Source: Podarcis erhardii
Taxonomy: Eukaryota
Assembly (NCBI GenBank): GCA_964252035.1
Contig: CAXUOO010000090.1
Length of the DNA stretch: 64,000 nucleotides
Direction: 5' to 3' (one strand)
Position 1 is the first letter of the stretch. Each line of letters starts with the position of its first letter. The position numbers were made by a program, and so were the translations under genes. Positions 13,626-27,000 of this stretch are shown here, in pieces. The notes under the pieces were generated by a model. It was given only the letters and a program-made list of their open reading frames with translations, ran no database searches and was not told the origin of the DNA.

Positions 13626-14925
13626 CCTGTGAAGCGAACTTAGCACGCGGCAGCAGAAATGAAAAAAAGAAATTAACACGAGAGAAATAGAGGAAGAAAC
13701 AGCCACAGAGAGCAGGCTACAACACAAGGTGTGTTCGCTCTCGTAGGAATGGACGGAGGACGGAGGAACGACGACGACGCAGAGCTTGGGAGAGGAGGAC
13801 CGCAAGCGAAGGAAATGGGGGAAAAAAATAAAGGAAAAAAAAGGTTTTGAACAGACGGTGGAAATGGAGAAAGAGATGGGTAAGCAGGAACGGAAAAGTG
13901 TAGGAAGGAACGTGAAGAAACGAACCCAAAACCACTTGAGGCGAAGAAAAGGCGGGGAAGACGCGGTAGTAGCAGACCACAGAAAGACGGAAAAAAATGA
14001 AAGATAAACGGAAAAGGATGCACACACGGCAGACAAACACACAAAATTTCAATTTGGTAGAGATGCGTGCCAGTTATGTATGTTCTACACGAACATTAAA
14101 AAGGCGCTTAGCAGAAGTGCTGCGTAAACGGATTTCCTGCGACGAGAGCGAAGCGGAAAGAATATACGTAACGTAGCCAGCCCCCGCTTCGACGAAGGAA
14201 AGAAAGCAAATGTCAAGTACATTGAGGCGGAAATGTACCGGAGAGAGAGAAGCGAGCTGCCAACCTCACGATGAAAGCGAGATACTTACACACCCAAATG
14301 GGAAATCAGCCCTGAGAAAATGCAGGATGTAATCGACGACGCAACGCGATAAAATTGTTTCACTAGAGGCGTGATTTAAGGAGGTAGTGCATATTGCGCG
14401 GCGAAAATGACCTGTAATTAATTCAAAGCGCTGAAACAGAAAATTGAACGGAAGAAATCAAAATCAATTGTAGAGCGCAGACGGCAAACAGGTGCAAGTA
14501 CATATGAAAAGTGCTGTCCAAATAAGATTTGTAACACGTGCTCTTTTTTGGCTGGTAAAATGTAAATTGTTACAGAGCGTGTGTAGGATAGTAAGAAACG
14601 TACTAGTGACTAAGCGTGTTGCAGGAAAAAGCACACAATTTCCGGTCAAACTTATTCCTTTCTAATGAAGGCGGAAAACTCTTGATAAGTAGCTATATTG
14701 CATACATTGATTGAAGCCGATTACATAATATACTACGAAAAGAGTAGTCAGGACACATACGTGGACAATGACGAGCTGTGAACTTCAAGAAAACAGACGG
14801 GCGCTTTGTGAAGCTTTCGAGAAGGCGTTTTCTCAATGCAGAGGGCGGAAGACAATACACATGCAAGCTTCAGTCGATGTACGCATGTGCAGTGCATCCA
14901 TACATATTCTCATGAATATATATTT

Positions 14926-14932
<7 letters not shown>

Positions 14933-14991
<59 letters not shown>
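14933..14991. repeat. (AT)n microsatellite
   Basis: Seen directly. Confidence 0.95.
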
Positions 14992-14992
<1 letters not shown>

Positions 14993-15266
14993 TCAGGGAG
15001 TGCTTAAAATTGAATTGGACTTTTGTGTGTATATATATACATACAAAGTATATATTTGGAAATATTATAAAAGTAAATACATGAAAAAAAGTGTGCACTG
15101 CATTGTGTATACGTCACACGTAAGCTGCCAGGTCCACATGCTTATACAGGTCTACTGCACCTAAGCTTTGCTCGCTGAAAGTACAAATTTTTCTGACATC
15201 ACATATATAGCTGCTCCAACCGCTCCTCTGTTTAATATAATACACACACTTCTATTCATCGTCACA

Positions 15267-15440
15267 NNNNNNNNNNNNNNNNNNNNNNNNNNNNNNNNNN
15301 NNNNNNNNNNNNNNNNNNNNNNNNNNNNNNNNNNNNNNNNNNNNNNNNNNNNNNNNNNNNNNNNNNNNNNNNNNNNNNNNNNNNNNNNNNNNNNNNNNNN
15401 NNNNNNNNNNNNNNNNNNNNNNNNNNNNNNNNNNNNNNNN
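15267..15440. other. Assembly gap (174 N)
   Basis: Run of N. Confidence 1.
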
Positions 15441-16729
15441 AGAGATATAAATATATTGATAAAGTTATATGGAGAACAAGCATCAGTTCCAACTAAGATC
15501 GTGTTGTTGATCTTTACATGTGCAGCTGTCTATATATTCATACAAAATTCTTGCGCGAAAACCTCTACGAGTCCACTACAGGAAGAGGCTGTCCTGTGTG
15601 GGTTTTACCTGAGGGTAGCCTCTCGTAAACAGTCCTTCATGTACACAAAGTATAGAACCACGTTCAATTATTTGTAGGCGTCTGGTAGGACGTCCTCCAC
15701 CGGTTCAGGTGCTACGGGCAGTTCACCTCTACATTTTTCCGGACTGCTTCTGTTCTTCTTCCTCTGCGCATTTAAGGTTGTCTAAGGTCGTCTATCTCTA
15801 CTTCTAAAATTTTCCTTTTTTCGTGTCCTTTCCTACAATTTTTTTGTGTGCATATGCATCTGTAGAGGTATGTATTGAAACACACTATGACTCTTCTCAT
15901 GAATGTATTCTATACACGCGCTCATAAGGTGTTTACGTGGTCGCTGCCAACCAGACGACCACTTTGCGACTGTAATTTCTTCACAAACATACACATCTTC
16001 TTCATGGTGGCCAACAAAAATGAGTTGTTAGTTTTTTCTTCAATAACCACTGCGCGCATTGTGTAAGACAAGTGATATCGCAGAGAAAATACTCTACATA
16101 GAAGAAGAGTCGGCTTCCACCAATAAAAAAGACAATAATTGAAAAAGCGTCTATAATTGTCGGAGGTGTAGAAGATTCCAAAACTACTCCCTCATGAAAC
16201 ACACTAGTCACGGTATAACTTTTGCTCCTGATTGCATGAAGGGGCTTTCGCACTGGTAGTTCACGTTTCGTGGTTAAGTTTTAAAACAAAGGCGGCTCCC
16301 TCTCCTATATTTGCTCTTCGTCATATAGAAAGACTTTAGGTGAAGTCTGATTCAAGCGCAGCATCACTTCATATTAGGGACACACGGAGCTTGCGAATGC
16401 TTCATATCTGTCCAAAAACAGTTGGTGTAAACTTTCATGTGAAGCATTGTATGATTGATGCTTTGTGCTATAGTTCCACGGTACAGCGACCACATTGCAA
16501 ATACATCGTTGCCTTAGAGAACACGAGCATAAATTCATCGAACAGTACATATATATACATATGCATTCGTATACAATCATATATATATATATATATACAT
16601 ATTCATATATAAAGTGACCATGTTTAGACATGGAATGTGTCCCCACCGTACTGAGAGTCTGTTTTTCATTGACCCACGTAATATTTGGCAAGCTTATCTG
16701 CGCGTGGCTGTGAGTGTATGTTTGTGTGG

Positions 16730-16732
<3 letters not shown>

Positions 16733-16785
<53 letters not shown>
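16733..16785. repeat. (TG)n microsatellite
   Basis: Seen directly. Confidence 0.95.
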
Positions 16786-16788
<3 letters not shown>

Positions 16789-17044
16789 TGTGTATGTGCG
16801 TCTGTAAAGGCTTGATGTTAATGAACATAGACACATGCACAGTTTTAAATTGCAGTAGGCGTAAAGTTTATATGTATAATGTTGATGAACATACATCCAA
16901 TCACATTCGTGAATTGTGTTGGTATTCATTTGTGCTGAACGGCACATATATTCAAGTCGATTTAGAAGAACCCCCGCCAGTTGATTTGAAGCAAACCGTT
17001 CAGGCGTCAAGGTGATACGGTGTGGACGTCCGCGCTAAAACACG

Positions 17045-17085
<41 letters not shown>

Positions 17086-18678
17086 CATATTTATATATTT
17101 GTGCTTCTGTGTCTGGCAATCTTAAAGAAGTGAAATCTGCGCATGTACGACCTCCCCCAATGAACAAACAAGCGTATTTCAAAAATTGATAGGACGAAGA
17201 AGTATGTTCGAAAAACCATGTAACCAGCCCATTAATCGTTTTCTTTCTGACGTCCAAATTACCGATGATCACGAATCAACACGGTGACGACACTGTTTGG
17301 AAGGTAATAATTTAGATGAAAAGCAGTACTCTTTCTATAAAAAAAACGATAATTTGTGTACAGTTGGAAGAAATTAGTACATTTGAAAAAAATCAATTCA
17401 CTAAGCTATAAGTGCACGACGCTTTTCAAGTGAATGTTTTAAGACAACCGATGAAGTGTACACATTCAGAGGAGAAATTTCACTGAGATATTAGTGCACT
17501 AACTTTTTCAGTCGAAGATTCCAAGAAAGGATAATGTGTATACAGTACTACTTTGTTTACTGGCGTAAAGTCAACCCTCTTGGAGATTTGTTTACTGCTT
17601 TATGCGAGTAGATACTGACGGATCTTCTGTACGATATGTGCTTGTGCGCGGTTATCAAATTTTTTTCAACCCGTTGTGCTAGAGCTAGTGGCGTTCCTTT
17701 ACATCAATATGCTTTACATATGCGTTAGCTTAGGCTTTACCCACCACAAGATGCAACCGCATTGTAAGTTGCTCTGTTCTGACAATTCTATGGCGCGCGC
17801 AAATACTTTTGCTTGAACTTGTCGCTCGGCTACTATAAAGATCTTTTGTCAACTGATGTCCTGAGAAAACATGGTAGATTCATTTGTTGCGATGAGTATA
17901 GTCGACGTACTTGTGCATAGAAATGTAGTAGAGGTATAAACTTGTCTGCATATACCTATATGGATAAATCACGCTGTCTCTAACCAAAGTTCTACTCAAA
18001 TAAACCAGCAGGGTGAACTTCAAAGTATTGTGCGCTTCGTTTGTTACTTGCCTGACTTTCTCAGGTAATATAAAAAAACTATATTCACTTTTACTCAGTC
18101 GTACACCTATCCCATTTTCGATTGATGTACAGTAGAGATAAGAACGCAATAAGACTACATATATTTGCATATTCACATTCGGAGACTGGAATAGTTCCAA
18201 TTCTAAAAATATATATATTCAGCGTTTGAAAAGACTTCTGCAGAGCAACGCACTATACTGTAATGGTGACGAAATTACTGAGACCGTTAGATCCACCAGC
18301 CAGCGACAAACCCTACTGGGTATAAATTTGCGTGTTCGAATATAGACGAATATACAACATAGACGGCGAGCGTTTAAGCAATTGTTTTGCGAAATTGAAT
18401 GCCTCCCCATCATGTCCTAGAGGTGAATCAATTAGGAAAACATGTATATAAGGCATTGATAAAAACTGAAGTGTACATACGTACGCTAGAAAGTATCATT
18501 CGCTTATTTATGTCCTATATATGTGTGTGTATAATTTGGAGGTTGACTTGCTTAATTTTTCTACGAAAATATACACATACATGTGATTTCTGCACAACAG
18601 GGATGTGCGCTTATACACAAGAGAAAGTAGTACATATATACATAATCTTATATCTATATATACATAAATATTTATATT

Positions 18679-18680
<2 letters not shown>

Positions 18681-18735
<55 letters not shown>
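18681..18735. repeat. (TA)n microsatellite
   Basis: Seen directly. Confidence 0.95.
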
Positions 18736-18740
<5 letters not shown>

Positions 18741-19621
18741 TAATACTTGTATTCATGTATAAGGCACTAGATTTTCGTCTGCTATGACCAGAAAGCTCCA
18801 AAGTTGCTCTCCAGCATCGCATATACCAGTTTGATGTATATGTTTATAGCTTGCGTGTTGAGTTGAGGCGTATGCGGACTTCAGGGGAGTTCTAGTATAC
18901 TAGATCCCTTATATTTGACAATATATATATATATATATATATATGTATATGTGTAACTTATCGGATGTGGTAAAGGGAAATATGCGTACAGACGTCAAAA
19001 ATGGTCAAGTCAGCAGGTATGCTTCACAGATGTATATAAATTCATGCAAGTTGAAAAACCTTGTATATATACATATATATGCCCTGATGTGGTGCAGCGT
19101 GTCTGTAGACAAACAAACTTGACCAATTTTTGAGTCTGTCGATGTGCGTGAAAATACACGTGTTTTTGCCTTCAGGCTTTATAATCGTGCATACGAAAAA
19201 CAGTAGTCTTTCGACAAACAGACTGCAATCCAATCAATACAAATAGACAATGTTGTATCAGCGTGTGTTTGTGCACATATACGTACGAACTTATATAATT
19301 TACCTGGTAAATTTGTATACATATATAAAATATATATATATATATATGTATAAGCACACACAAATTCACACTTTATTTGAGTCTGCGATTGTCTTCCATT
19401 CCTTACCATCAATGGTTTTGCGTATAATTGCATGCGGTTTAAGAAGATGATCCAATTTACATACTATACTTGTATACATATTGATATGTACTTGTAATGT
19501 TGTCGCGTACACAAACTGTGTAGAGCAAAGAAAACAAATTCGAATTGTCGCCATATACTCAATATTCGATCGAGTGAACACCAAAATCTGTGCAAGAAGA
19601 TGAAACTAACTTTTCTTATTC

Positions 19622-19652
<31 letters not shown>

Positions 19653-20389
19653 GCTTCTTTATATGGAAGAATATATATATTTGCCCATAATTACCATATT
19701 TTGAAATATATATACACAGTAGCTTTTATATTATATTATATATATACATACATACATACGTACATACATACATACAAGTATTCAAAAAGTACCGGTCATA
19801 CAGGCATGGAAGACTTTTAACTAAGTATTCACTCATACAGCTAGAAGAGAAAGTGCTGAGACACACAAAAGAGAAAGAATACATCTGCACAGATCAATTG
19901 TACTGACAAACATATGTATGTCTGTACGTACACATTCGTCTTACCACAAATATATATACTTATTTAGTATCGGATGACCTGACATAGCGGCTTTGCATAT
20001 ACAACCGTATGTAACTATGTGTAGATATATACATAAGTATATTTGGAACTATATGTGAATGCAAAGTAGCTTTCGAAAGCGGGATCTTTTCTCATTTTAT
20101 ACAAATGTACACGAGGAGATTTTAATTTATTCAAAGAACTCACGCGTTGAAGCATTTAGTCAAACGGAGGAAGTCGCAGACAATATGCTTATATATCCGT
20201 TCAATTTTCGTTCATATCTACACATGTTCATATATGCTATATATATATGTGCGCATGCACTTATGCATGCACTTACGCACCGAAAAAGATTCAAAATATT
20301 TTTCTTCAGAAAGCGTGCTAAAGTGAAAAAGTAGGCATGCTACATTTTACCAAAAGACTTTATGTCATCTGTTGAACGAACAATTTAAT

Positions 20390-20392
<3 letters not shown>

Positions 20393-20444
<52 letters not shown>
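20393..20444. repeat. (AT)n microsatellite
   Basis: Seen directly. Confidence 0.95.
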
Positions 20445-20447
<3 letters not shown>

Positions 20448-21333
20448 ACGTGATCTTATACGATAGATTGGCAAGTGCGAGTCAATAGAGGAAACGTATC
20501 AATTAAATGCAAATAAACGATTGCAAGTCCAAGCATTTGGTCTATTGATCTCCATCCCTCCACATATGTCTACAAGTGCCAAGCTGAACAGCTTATATAC
20601 ATGTGCGTTAGCAAATCACCAGTAGATGCACCGATGTACAGCATCAATGTGTGTCACCATGCACTACATATCATTTCATATTCTTACACACGATTGCAAA
20701 TTGATATTTGAATAATTACATACATATAGCTATCTATAGACAGCCATATAAACGATACAGACAGATAGATAGATATACATAGATAGACAAATAGACACAT
20801 AGGCACTGATTGGGTAGATAGTTGTGCTGTACCATGAAGAGAAAGCACCAGCGCTGCTTTGCTTCGAGATCAGTCATGGAGATATATGCAGTCGTTCGCT
20901 CAGATGTAAGCGATTACGCAGAAACATATGCATATGCGAAATGACCAATTTGTATGAATACATATACAAATATATGTATTTTCGTTTGTTCCTTTGCTGG
21001 TATAGGAAAATGAGAAACAATTGTTCCTATCTGTTAAATCCATAAACGTCCCCCAACACACAATCACGCACAATTGTGCACATGGAAAAGTATAGCTTTA
21101 ACTCTCCATACATATGATAATCACGTACACACGGAAACGAAGACGAAAACTTCTATCCCGTAAACTCTATACTACGTCAAGAAGCTCAATGCTTCGGTAG
21201 CGTATGTTTTTTCTCACAGTCGCGCTGTTTTCATCACCCTGAATTTGAGCTCCAGATAGAGTCGCGCGGTACCGGGCAATACACAGTGCAGCTTGAAGAC
21301 ATTTTCTTGTATACAATCAAGTACTGAATAAAG

Positions 21334-21365
<32 letters not shown>

Positions 21366-22484
21366 TGACGAGAACTAGCGGCTGCTTGTGCTGCAGCACT
21401 GGTGAAATCCGTCGCTATGTTTGAAAAGACGGTCACCAATATGATGGTATAGAGCAATTTTTGTGCAGTCTAGTCGTTGTTGCTACTATGCAGTCCCGCT
21501 GTTGGTGCGTTGTTGCCGACTGTGCTGCTGCTGCACCTCCCTGTTGGAAAACTAGGCTCTTTTTTTTGGGTTGCAACTGTCGCGTTGCTGCCACTTTAGC
21601 GCAGCTTGAGTGGAACAGCACCGTCCTTTTACTTTTTTTTGTGCTAAAGAGAAGCAGCAGTTGCTTCCAATTAGAGTCAGTGCTTCACTACATCTTTGCG
21701 GCAACAAGTGCTCAAAGAATTGAGTCGATGTGTTCACCTTCAATACTTATCTCATTTTGTGACGTTTAGAACACATCAGGACAAGTGTCGAGCAGCAGAT
21801 ATGCGACTCACTACGATCGACTCCTCTTCTTACTGAGATCATGATTAGCATTACGTGGGGATCCCCCGACATTCTCCATCAACAGATTTGATGATCAGTA
21901 TTAAGTCACGAATACATGTTTAGGTGTGGAGTTGAGCTGACACTTCCTGACAAGATCACTATCAAGAAAGTACGTTCCTTGATATGTGCTTGAGAAGATG
22001 ATATTTTTTCAGAATAACTATCAGAACCATATCAGAAACTTCACTTCCTGCTTCTGAATGACTGCTGCTTGTCACACTAGTCTCTCATGCCAACAGAACC
22101 AACACCCACACAGAGAAAGCCATTGAAAAACACCGAAAACCCGTCTCCTAATTCCGCAGCACCCTGTACACATGTGTACGTTTTTGTTGAAACGTGCAAA
22201 TGCACATCATCATCACAACTTCCTCGGTTGAACTCGTCACTTCACGCGTGTGTATATACACCCAGCAACTGGAGGAGTCAGTTTTTCGACCAAGACACTC
22301 CTTTCTCGCTCCAACAGGGAAAACGTTTCGGTTTGATTCATGTGAACGAGGAACTATTTTATTGTCCTAAAAAAAACCAACCCAGCAGCGGGTTTTCGAC
22401 GACTAAACACAGAAACATACACACACATCCGCAAAAATGTCCAAACCATCGATGAATTCGTAGTTGCTGTGCAAGTTGGGCGCT

Positions 22485-23875
22485 CTACTGGAAAAATGTC
22501 GTGCCAGTGTGGTGGGGATTGACGGGATTTCCGTACTGGTCAACGTGAACAGCAGCGACACGCGGCCCACCGATAAGACGCATAATCAAGATGAAGCCAC
22601 AATAGAAAGCAATAGAAGAAATGAAAGCAACGAACAACTGCCAGCCCAGAGACAGTCTCTGACTGCCCTGGAAATGCGGAAAGCGCTGGTCCCCATAGTA
22701 GTAGTAGGAAGAGTAGTCGTGACTTCTACCGTAGGAAGATACAGGCTGCTGTGGCTGCTGATGTTGCAAGGCATCATTCGAGGATCTGGGCCGACGCATT
22801 TGCTGCTCCTGCTCCAAGCGTTGCTGTCTAGTGCGGGCCCCGAAGCGCCGTCGCTGCTGGTGAAGAAAGGAGTTCTGTTGCGCATGCAGTTGCGAGCAGA
22901 GACCCAGCTTTGAAACCTCAGAAACTGCCGATTTTTCTGCAGCAGCGGCTTCTCTTGCCAGAAACAAGACAGGCGCTCTCTCAGAACTCCACCACTCGAT
23001 AAAGCTTCGATGATGACAGCAGCGCAAGTGTGTTGGTGTGGTAGCTGGTGGACCCTTTTCTGCCACTGCGTACGGTGCTGTTTTTTCGGAGAAACTGCGA
23101 GCAACAGCGCCAGGTGGAGTAGTGGCGGACGATGAGGCCGTGACAACAGTACTCGAAAGAAGAGCAAGAATAGACAGGGAAGAGCCAAAAACCGAAGGAG
23201 TCGAAGCTGAAGCAGCCAGTGCACGGGAATCAGCAGCAGCAAAAGCAGCTCTGGCAGTGGCAGTCGCTTGGGGCAGAGTCGTCGCTGGATTAAAGTCGGA
23301 GGAAAAAACGGGTGGTGCTGCAGCAGCGAAAGCGCCAGCAGTGCGAGAAAAAGCCAGCGACTTTGGGGGGAGAAAGCCCCACTTGGGAGGAGCGGAGTCG
23401 TCAGGGAAGACGACGCAGAGTCGAGGAAAGAGGCCACTGCATGCGTCGTTGCGAGTGGCTTTTTTGCAGCAGCTGCAGACGCATGCAGTGCAGGCACCAA
23501 CCCCGCGAAGGAGTGGAAAAACTGCGGAGAGGAAAAACACGGAAAACAAAGACTGCCTGAGAAGAGCGGAGTGCTGCAAAAGGCGTGGCGAAGAAAAGGC
23601 TGAGGAAACGACGCGACAAAGAAGGGCTCACCAGTGGAGGCTGCGTTGCGAGACATGTCAACTGCGGGAGGAGAGGAAAAAACAGCTGCTTTAGCACGAC
23701 AAGTTGCAGCACGTGCATGCACAGAAGCACTAGCAACAACTGCACGACCCCTCGCAAGCACCGCTGAAGGAGCAGCTGCTACTGCGTCGCCGGTGATGAC
23801 AGAGAAAGAGCAGCTCTTCGCTGCTGCAGCAGCCAGCAGCTCGGAACCAGTACCGCGCGCTACGAGAGGCAGCAT
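22485..23875 (-). CDS. Hypothetical protein (~426-463 aa), Ala/Ser-rich N-terminus resembling a mitochondrial presequence, one C-proximal transmembrane helix
   Basis: Two overlapping long minus-strand ORFs. Start MLPLVARGTGSELLAAAAAK at ATG 23875. C-terminal frame ends ...QRLSLGWQLFVAFISSIAFYCGFILIMRLIGGPRVAAVHVDQYGNPVNPHHTGTTFFQ*. The two frames join either through an intron 23631-23522 (G|GTGAGC ... TTCCTCTCCGCAG, phase-compatible) or through a 1-nt shift near G6 at 23365-23370. Targeting and function are inference. Confidence 0.65.
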
Positions 23876-24806
23876 TTTCACGAAAACGGACGGATACACG
23901 CACCCGACATTCATATCTCTCGAGTTATACAGAAATTCATACGCTCATCATATACAGAGAGGTGTTTCTGCGTCGCTAGAATTGTATGTGCAAAAATGTA
24001 CATTCAAACAGTGCACGTGCGGACCTTCTCCTGCTGCTGTCCTCAGGAGCATACAGAGAAACATAGGTTTGTCAATCTCTGGTTTCTACCCTTCGTCTGA
24101 CGTTGCTCAGGCGTGTCGGCTCTTGCAATTGTACATATATATATTCTCCAATACACTCACATCATTCGTCAGATCCAGCAGCCTTCAAGTCTACACATTA
24201 CTCTTCACTCCATTACAAATATATACGTATGTATAGGTTGTGCTGCACGAGTGCAACTTCGAGAACAACTTCACACAACGAAAGCAAATATGTCACGCAG
24301 GAACTGAATGTCGACCTTCTCATCAAGGGCCGCTGAAAAGAAGTTCGTTTTTTTATGGATTCTGATTCAAACAAGTCGCTAGTTTATCGAATTCTAGTGG
24401 AAGAGTCTGGAATGTATTTCAAAGCACGTGTGCAGGTTGTTATAAACACATATATGTATCTACATATGCATACAAGCTGGAATCGAGCAGAATTAGTTGG
24501 AGTGATATGGGAATGGCAGATGCGACGAATATATAAGTGAGTAGATGAAAACATAGTGGTTTCACCTGTTGTGCCTACCTAGACTGACATGGTGCATTAG
24601 CAAGCTCACCAGGTTTCGCAGAGTTTAACGGATGGAGACACGCCAGTTATTGTAAACACATTCACAAAATTCTTTGCCGGGAAAGTACGATATAGCTAAA
24701 TTACATACATATACGTACACGAGTATACTGTCGACAGACATAATCGTATACATATATAATAAATATATTTATATAGTTATGTAGATAGTGTTCCACTATT
24801 GTAATA

Positions 24807-24844
24807 TGCGTGTAGCGTGTATATATTTACACACGCTACACGCA
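24807..24844. promoter_or_regulatory. Perfect 14-bp inverted repeat with a 10-nt loop in the divergent intergenic region
   Basis: TGCGTGTAGCGTGT-atatatttac-ACACGCTACACGCA. A regulatory role is only inferred from position. Confidence 0.35.
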
Positions 24845-26399
24845 GCATCTTGTAAGTTTACACAGCATTTCATGTAGTCATTTTTGCAGAATTCCACCGG
24901 CATTAGGGCAGAGGGTGCTTGAGAAATGTCGAAAAAAGACGTGTGTGCTCAATTCGCTATTATGTACTGAAGAAAAAAGTAATGGTGCGAGAAAACTTCA
25001 TGTGAAATGGCGGTGAAAAAAAATTACTAACCAACACAGGAGAGACGATACATGACGAACAAGACAGACAGTATAATGGCTGAAAAAAATGCACAGGCGA
25101 GATTTAACTGGACAAATAAGATTTCAGACAGGTTAAGAAAAGTTTGAGATAAATAAGTAAAGAAGTCCAGCAGAGGGTTACACAAGAGAAACTCAAAAAA
25201 GAAAGCCAGCAAGAACCACCTACTCGAGTAAGACAAAATAGAGTATACAAAGTTTTCCAAACCGTTCACTCTCGTTAGTTTTTTTTTACAGCCAATGGAA
25301 ACTACTTCTTAAAGTAGAAAAAAAAAATAGTGGGAGGAGGTAAATACTGAGAAGAATGTTTTATGTGTATGTGGTTTCTTCTGTGCACGCAACCTCAAGT
25401 GTCAGACGTCGATTTGTGTATATAACAGAAGCCCGTTAGACACGGATACACCAAATCTACGGAAAAAGAAGGACGCTTGGAAACCGACAGAGCGATAAAT
25501 GAATGTTTCTGATTAGATGCACTTTATCAGCGGTAAAATTTCTCACTCGATTGTTTAAACACGGCTGGCTGGTGCGGACTGTGCGCATGCAGGTCGAGCC
25601 GTAGCAGCAAGGCACGCTCCTTGAAGACAAGCAACATGGAAAAGTCGTGTAAAATGGAGCATTTGTCTTCATTTGTGGAACAGTGGAATAACCTTGAGTG
25701 CGAGTCCAATTTTATGAATCACTCAGGTTGATCCAACGGCTCAGCGCACGGTTTCCATGTCAAATATGGGTAGAATATCCCCTCAATTTATGGTTTGATT
25801 ATCACCTAAAATACAGTGAATGAGACTCACTAATGAAGCAATCTCTGTCGTATGGTTTTCGGTACACGCCCTGCTTTTCCCTTTTTAGTCTGAACAGTAT
25901 ATACTGCCGGTTCATCACTTGAGTACACTTTTTGTAGAACGGCGGGTGCTTCTCCTTTCAGAAGCGTCACTCTTGTCTCTTTACTCTCTTGCTATCGACT
26001 TTTCTCCACTCCCAGTCAAACCCCCTGTTTGAGCTTATATCCCGTACCTAATCTTTCTTCCTCGTCTTCTCCTTCCATGTAGTTTAGGTTTTCAACTCTC
26101 GTTCTCTCTTCTTGCCGCTGATTCTCTTCATTTGTGGTCTCCTAGCCTTTCTTCTCTGCTATCTGTACGCAAATTTATGACTTGCGTGGATATTATCTTA
26201 TATTCACTGTCTCGTTTTCATGAATCATTTTACCCTTTTGAATTCACACTGTTTCCTCTCGGACCTCGTTGCATTCCTCGTTACCCTTTTTTCTATTTTG
26301 GGGAGAATATCAATCTTTTATTCACTAAGCGCCAAAATAATTTCATTTGTCCACGTTTTGTAACAAAGACTATTTCATTCAGCGTACTTCTTAACCCAG

Positions 26400-26950
26400 A
26401 TGGCGGCAAAACATCGTAAGCTATACACGCGCTCATATGCTTCCTCTTTCGAATAAGTTTCAGTTACGTATTTCGCTAAAATGTGGATCTCCGCCTCTTG
26501 ATACTCTTCTTTACAATTTATAGAATACTTGCAGTTTTTTTTTTATATATTATAACAGAGTTTGAACTTCGTATAATTCTTTCTACTCATCTTGTTTTAC
26601 AACGGCCTAAGCGACGAAAACATGCAATGTAATTTGTGTAACTGCTGATCAGAATAAGGTTATATAATACATATATATATATATATATATATATTTGTGT
26701 ACATATGTATGTGGAATACTTGTATATAATATTGTTGTATATCTATTGAAGTGTGTCTGTTGAAGTAGATTGATTTTTATCTTTTCGTTCCATCAGTAGA
26801 GGAAGCGTTCACGTACTTGGTTATCAAAAGATTTGCTGATAAAAAGCCAAGTAGACGTATTCTTCTAACTTATATCTATACGTACACGCTATTGTTTGTA
26901 TATGTATAAAATATATCTTATGTGTTTATACGCAATTTCATATACTCACT

Positions 26951-27000
<50 letters not shown>

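Noticed and set aside
13626-14042. 139 aa N-terminal extension of the 856 aa ORF
   Set aside because: Starts at GTG and is a pyrimidine-rich leader; HIRA homology begins at the ATG at 13625.
21888-22040. TGATGA/CTGA boxes and three TCAGAA repeats
   Set aside because: No stems or guide sequence; probably 3'-UTR sequence of the 22485 gene.
23038-24236. Plus-strand 218 aa and 200 aa ORFs
   Set aside because: Antisense mirror of GC-rich, GCA-repeat coding sequence; no motif of their own.
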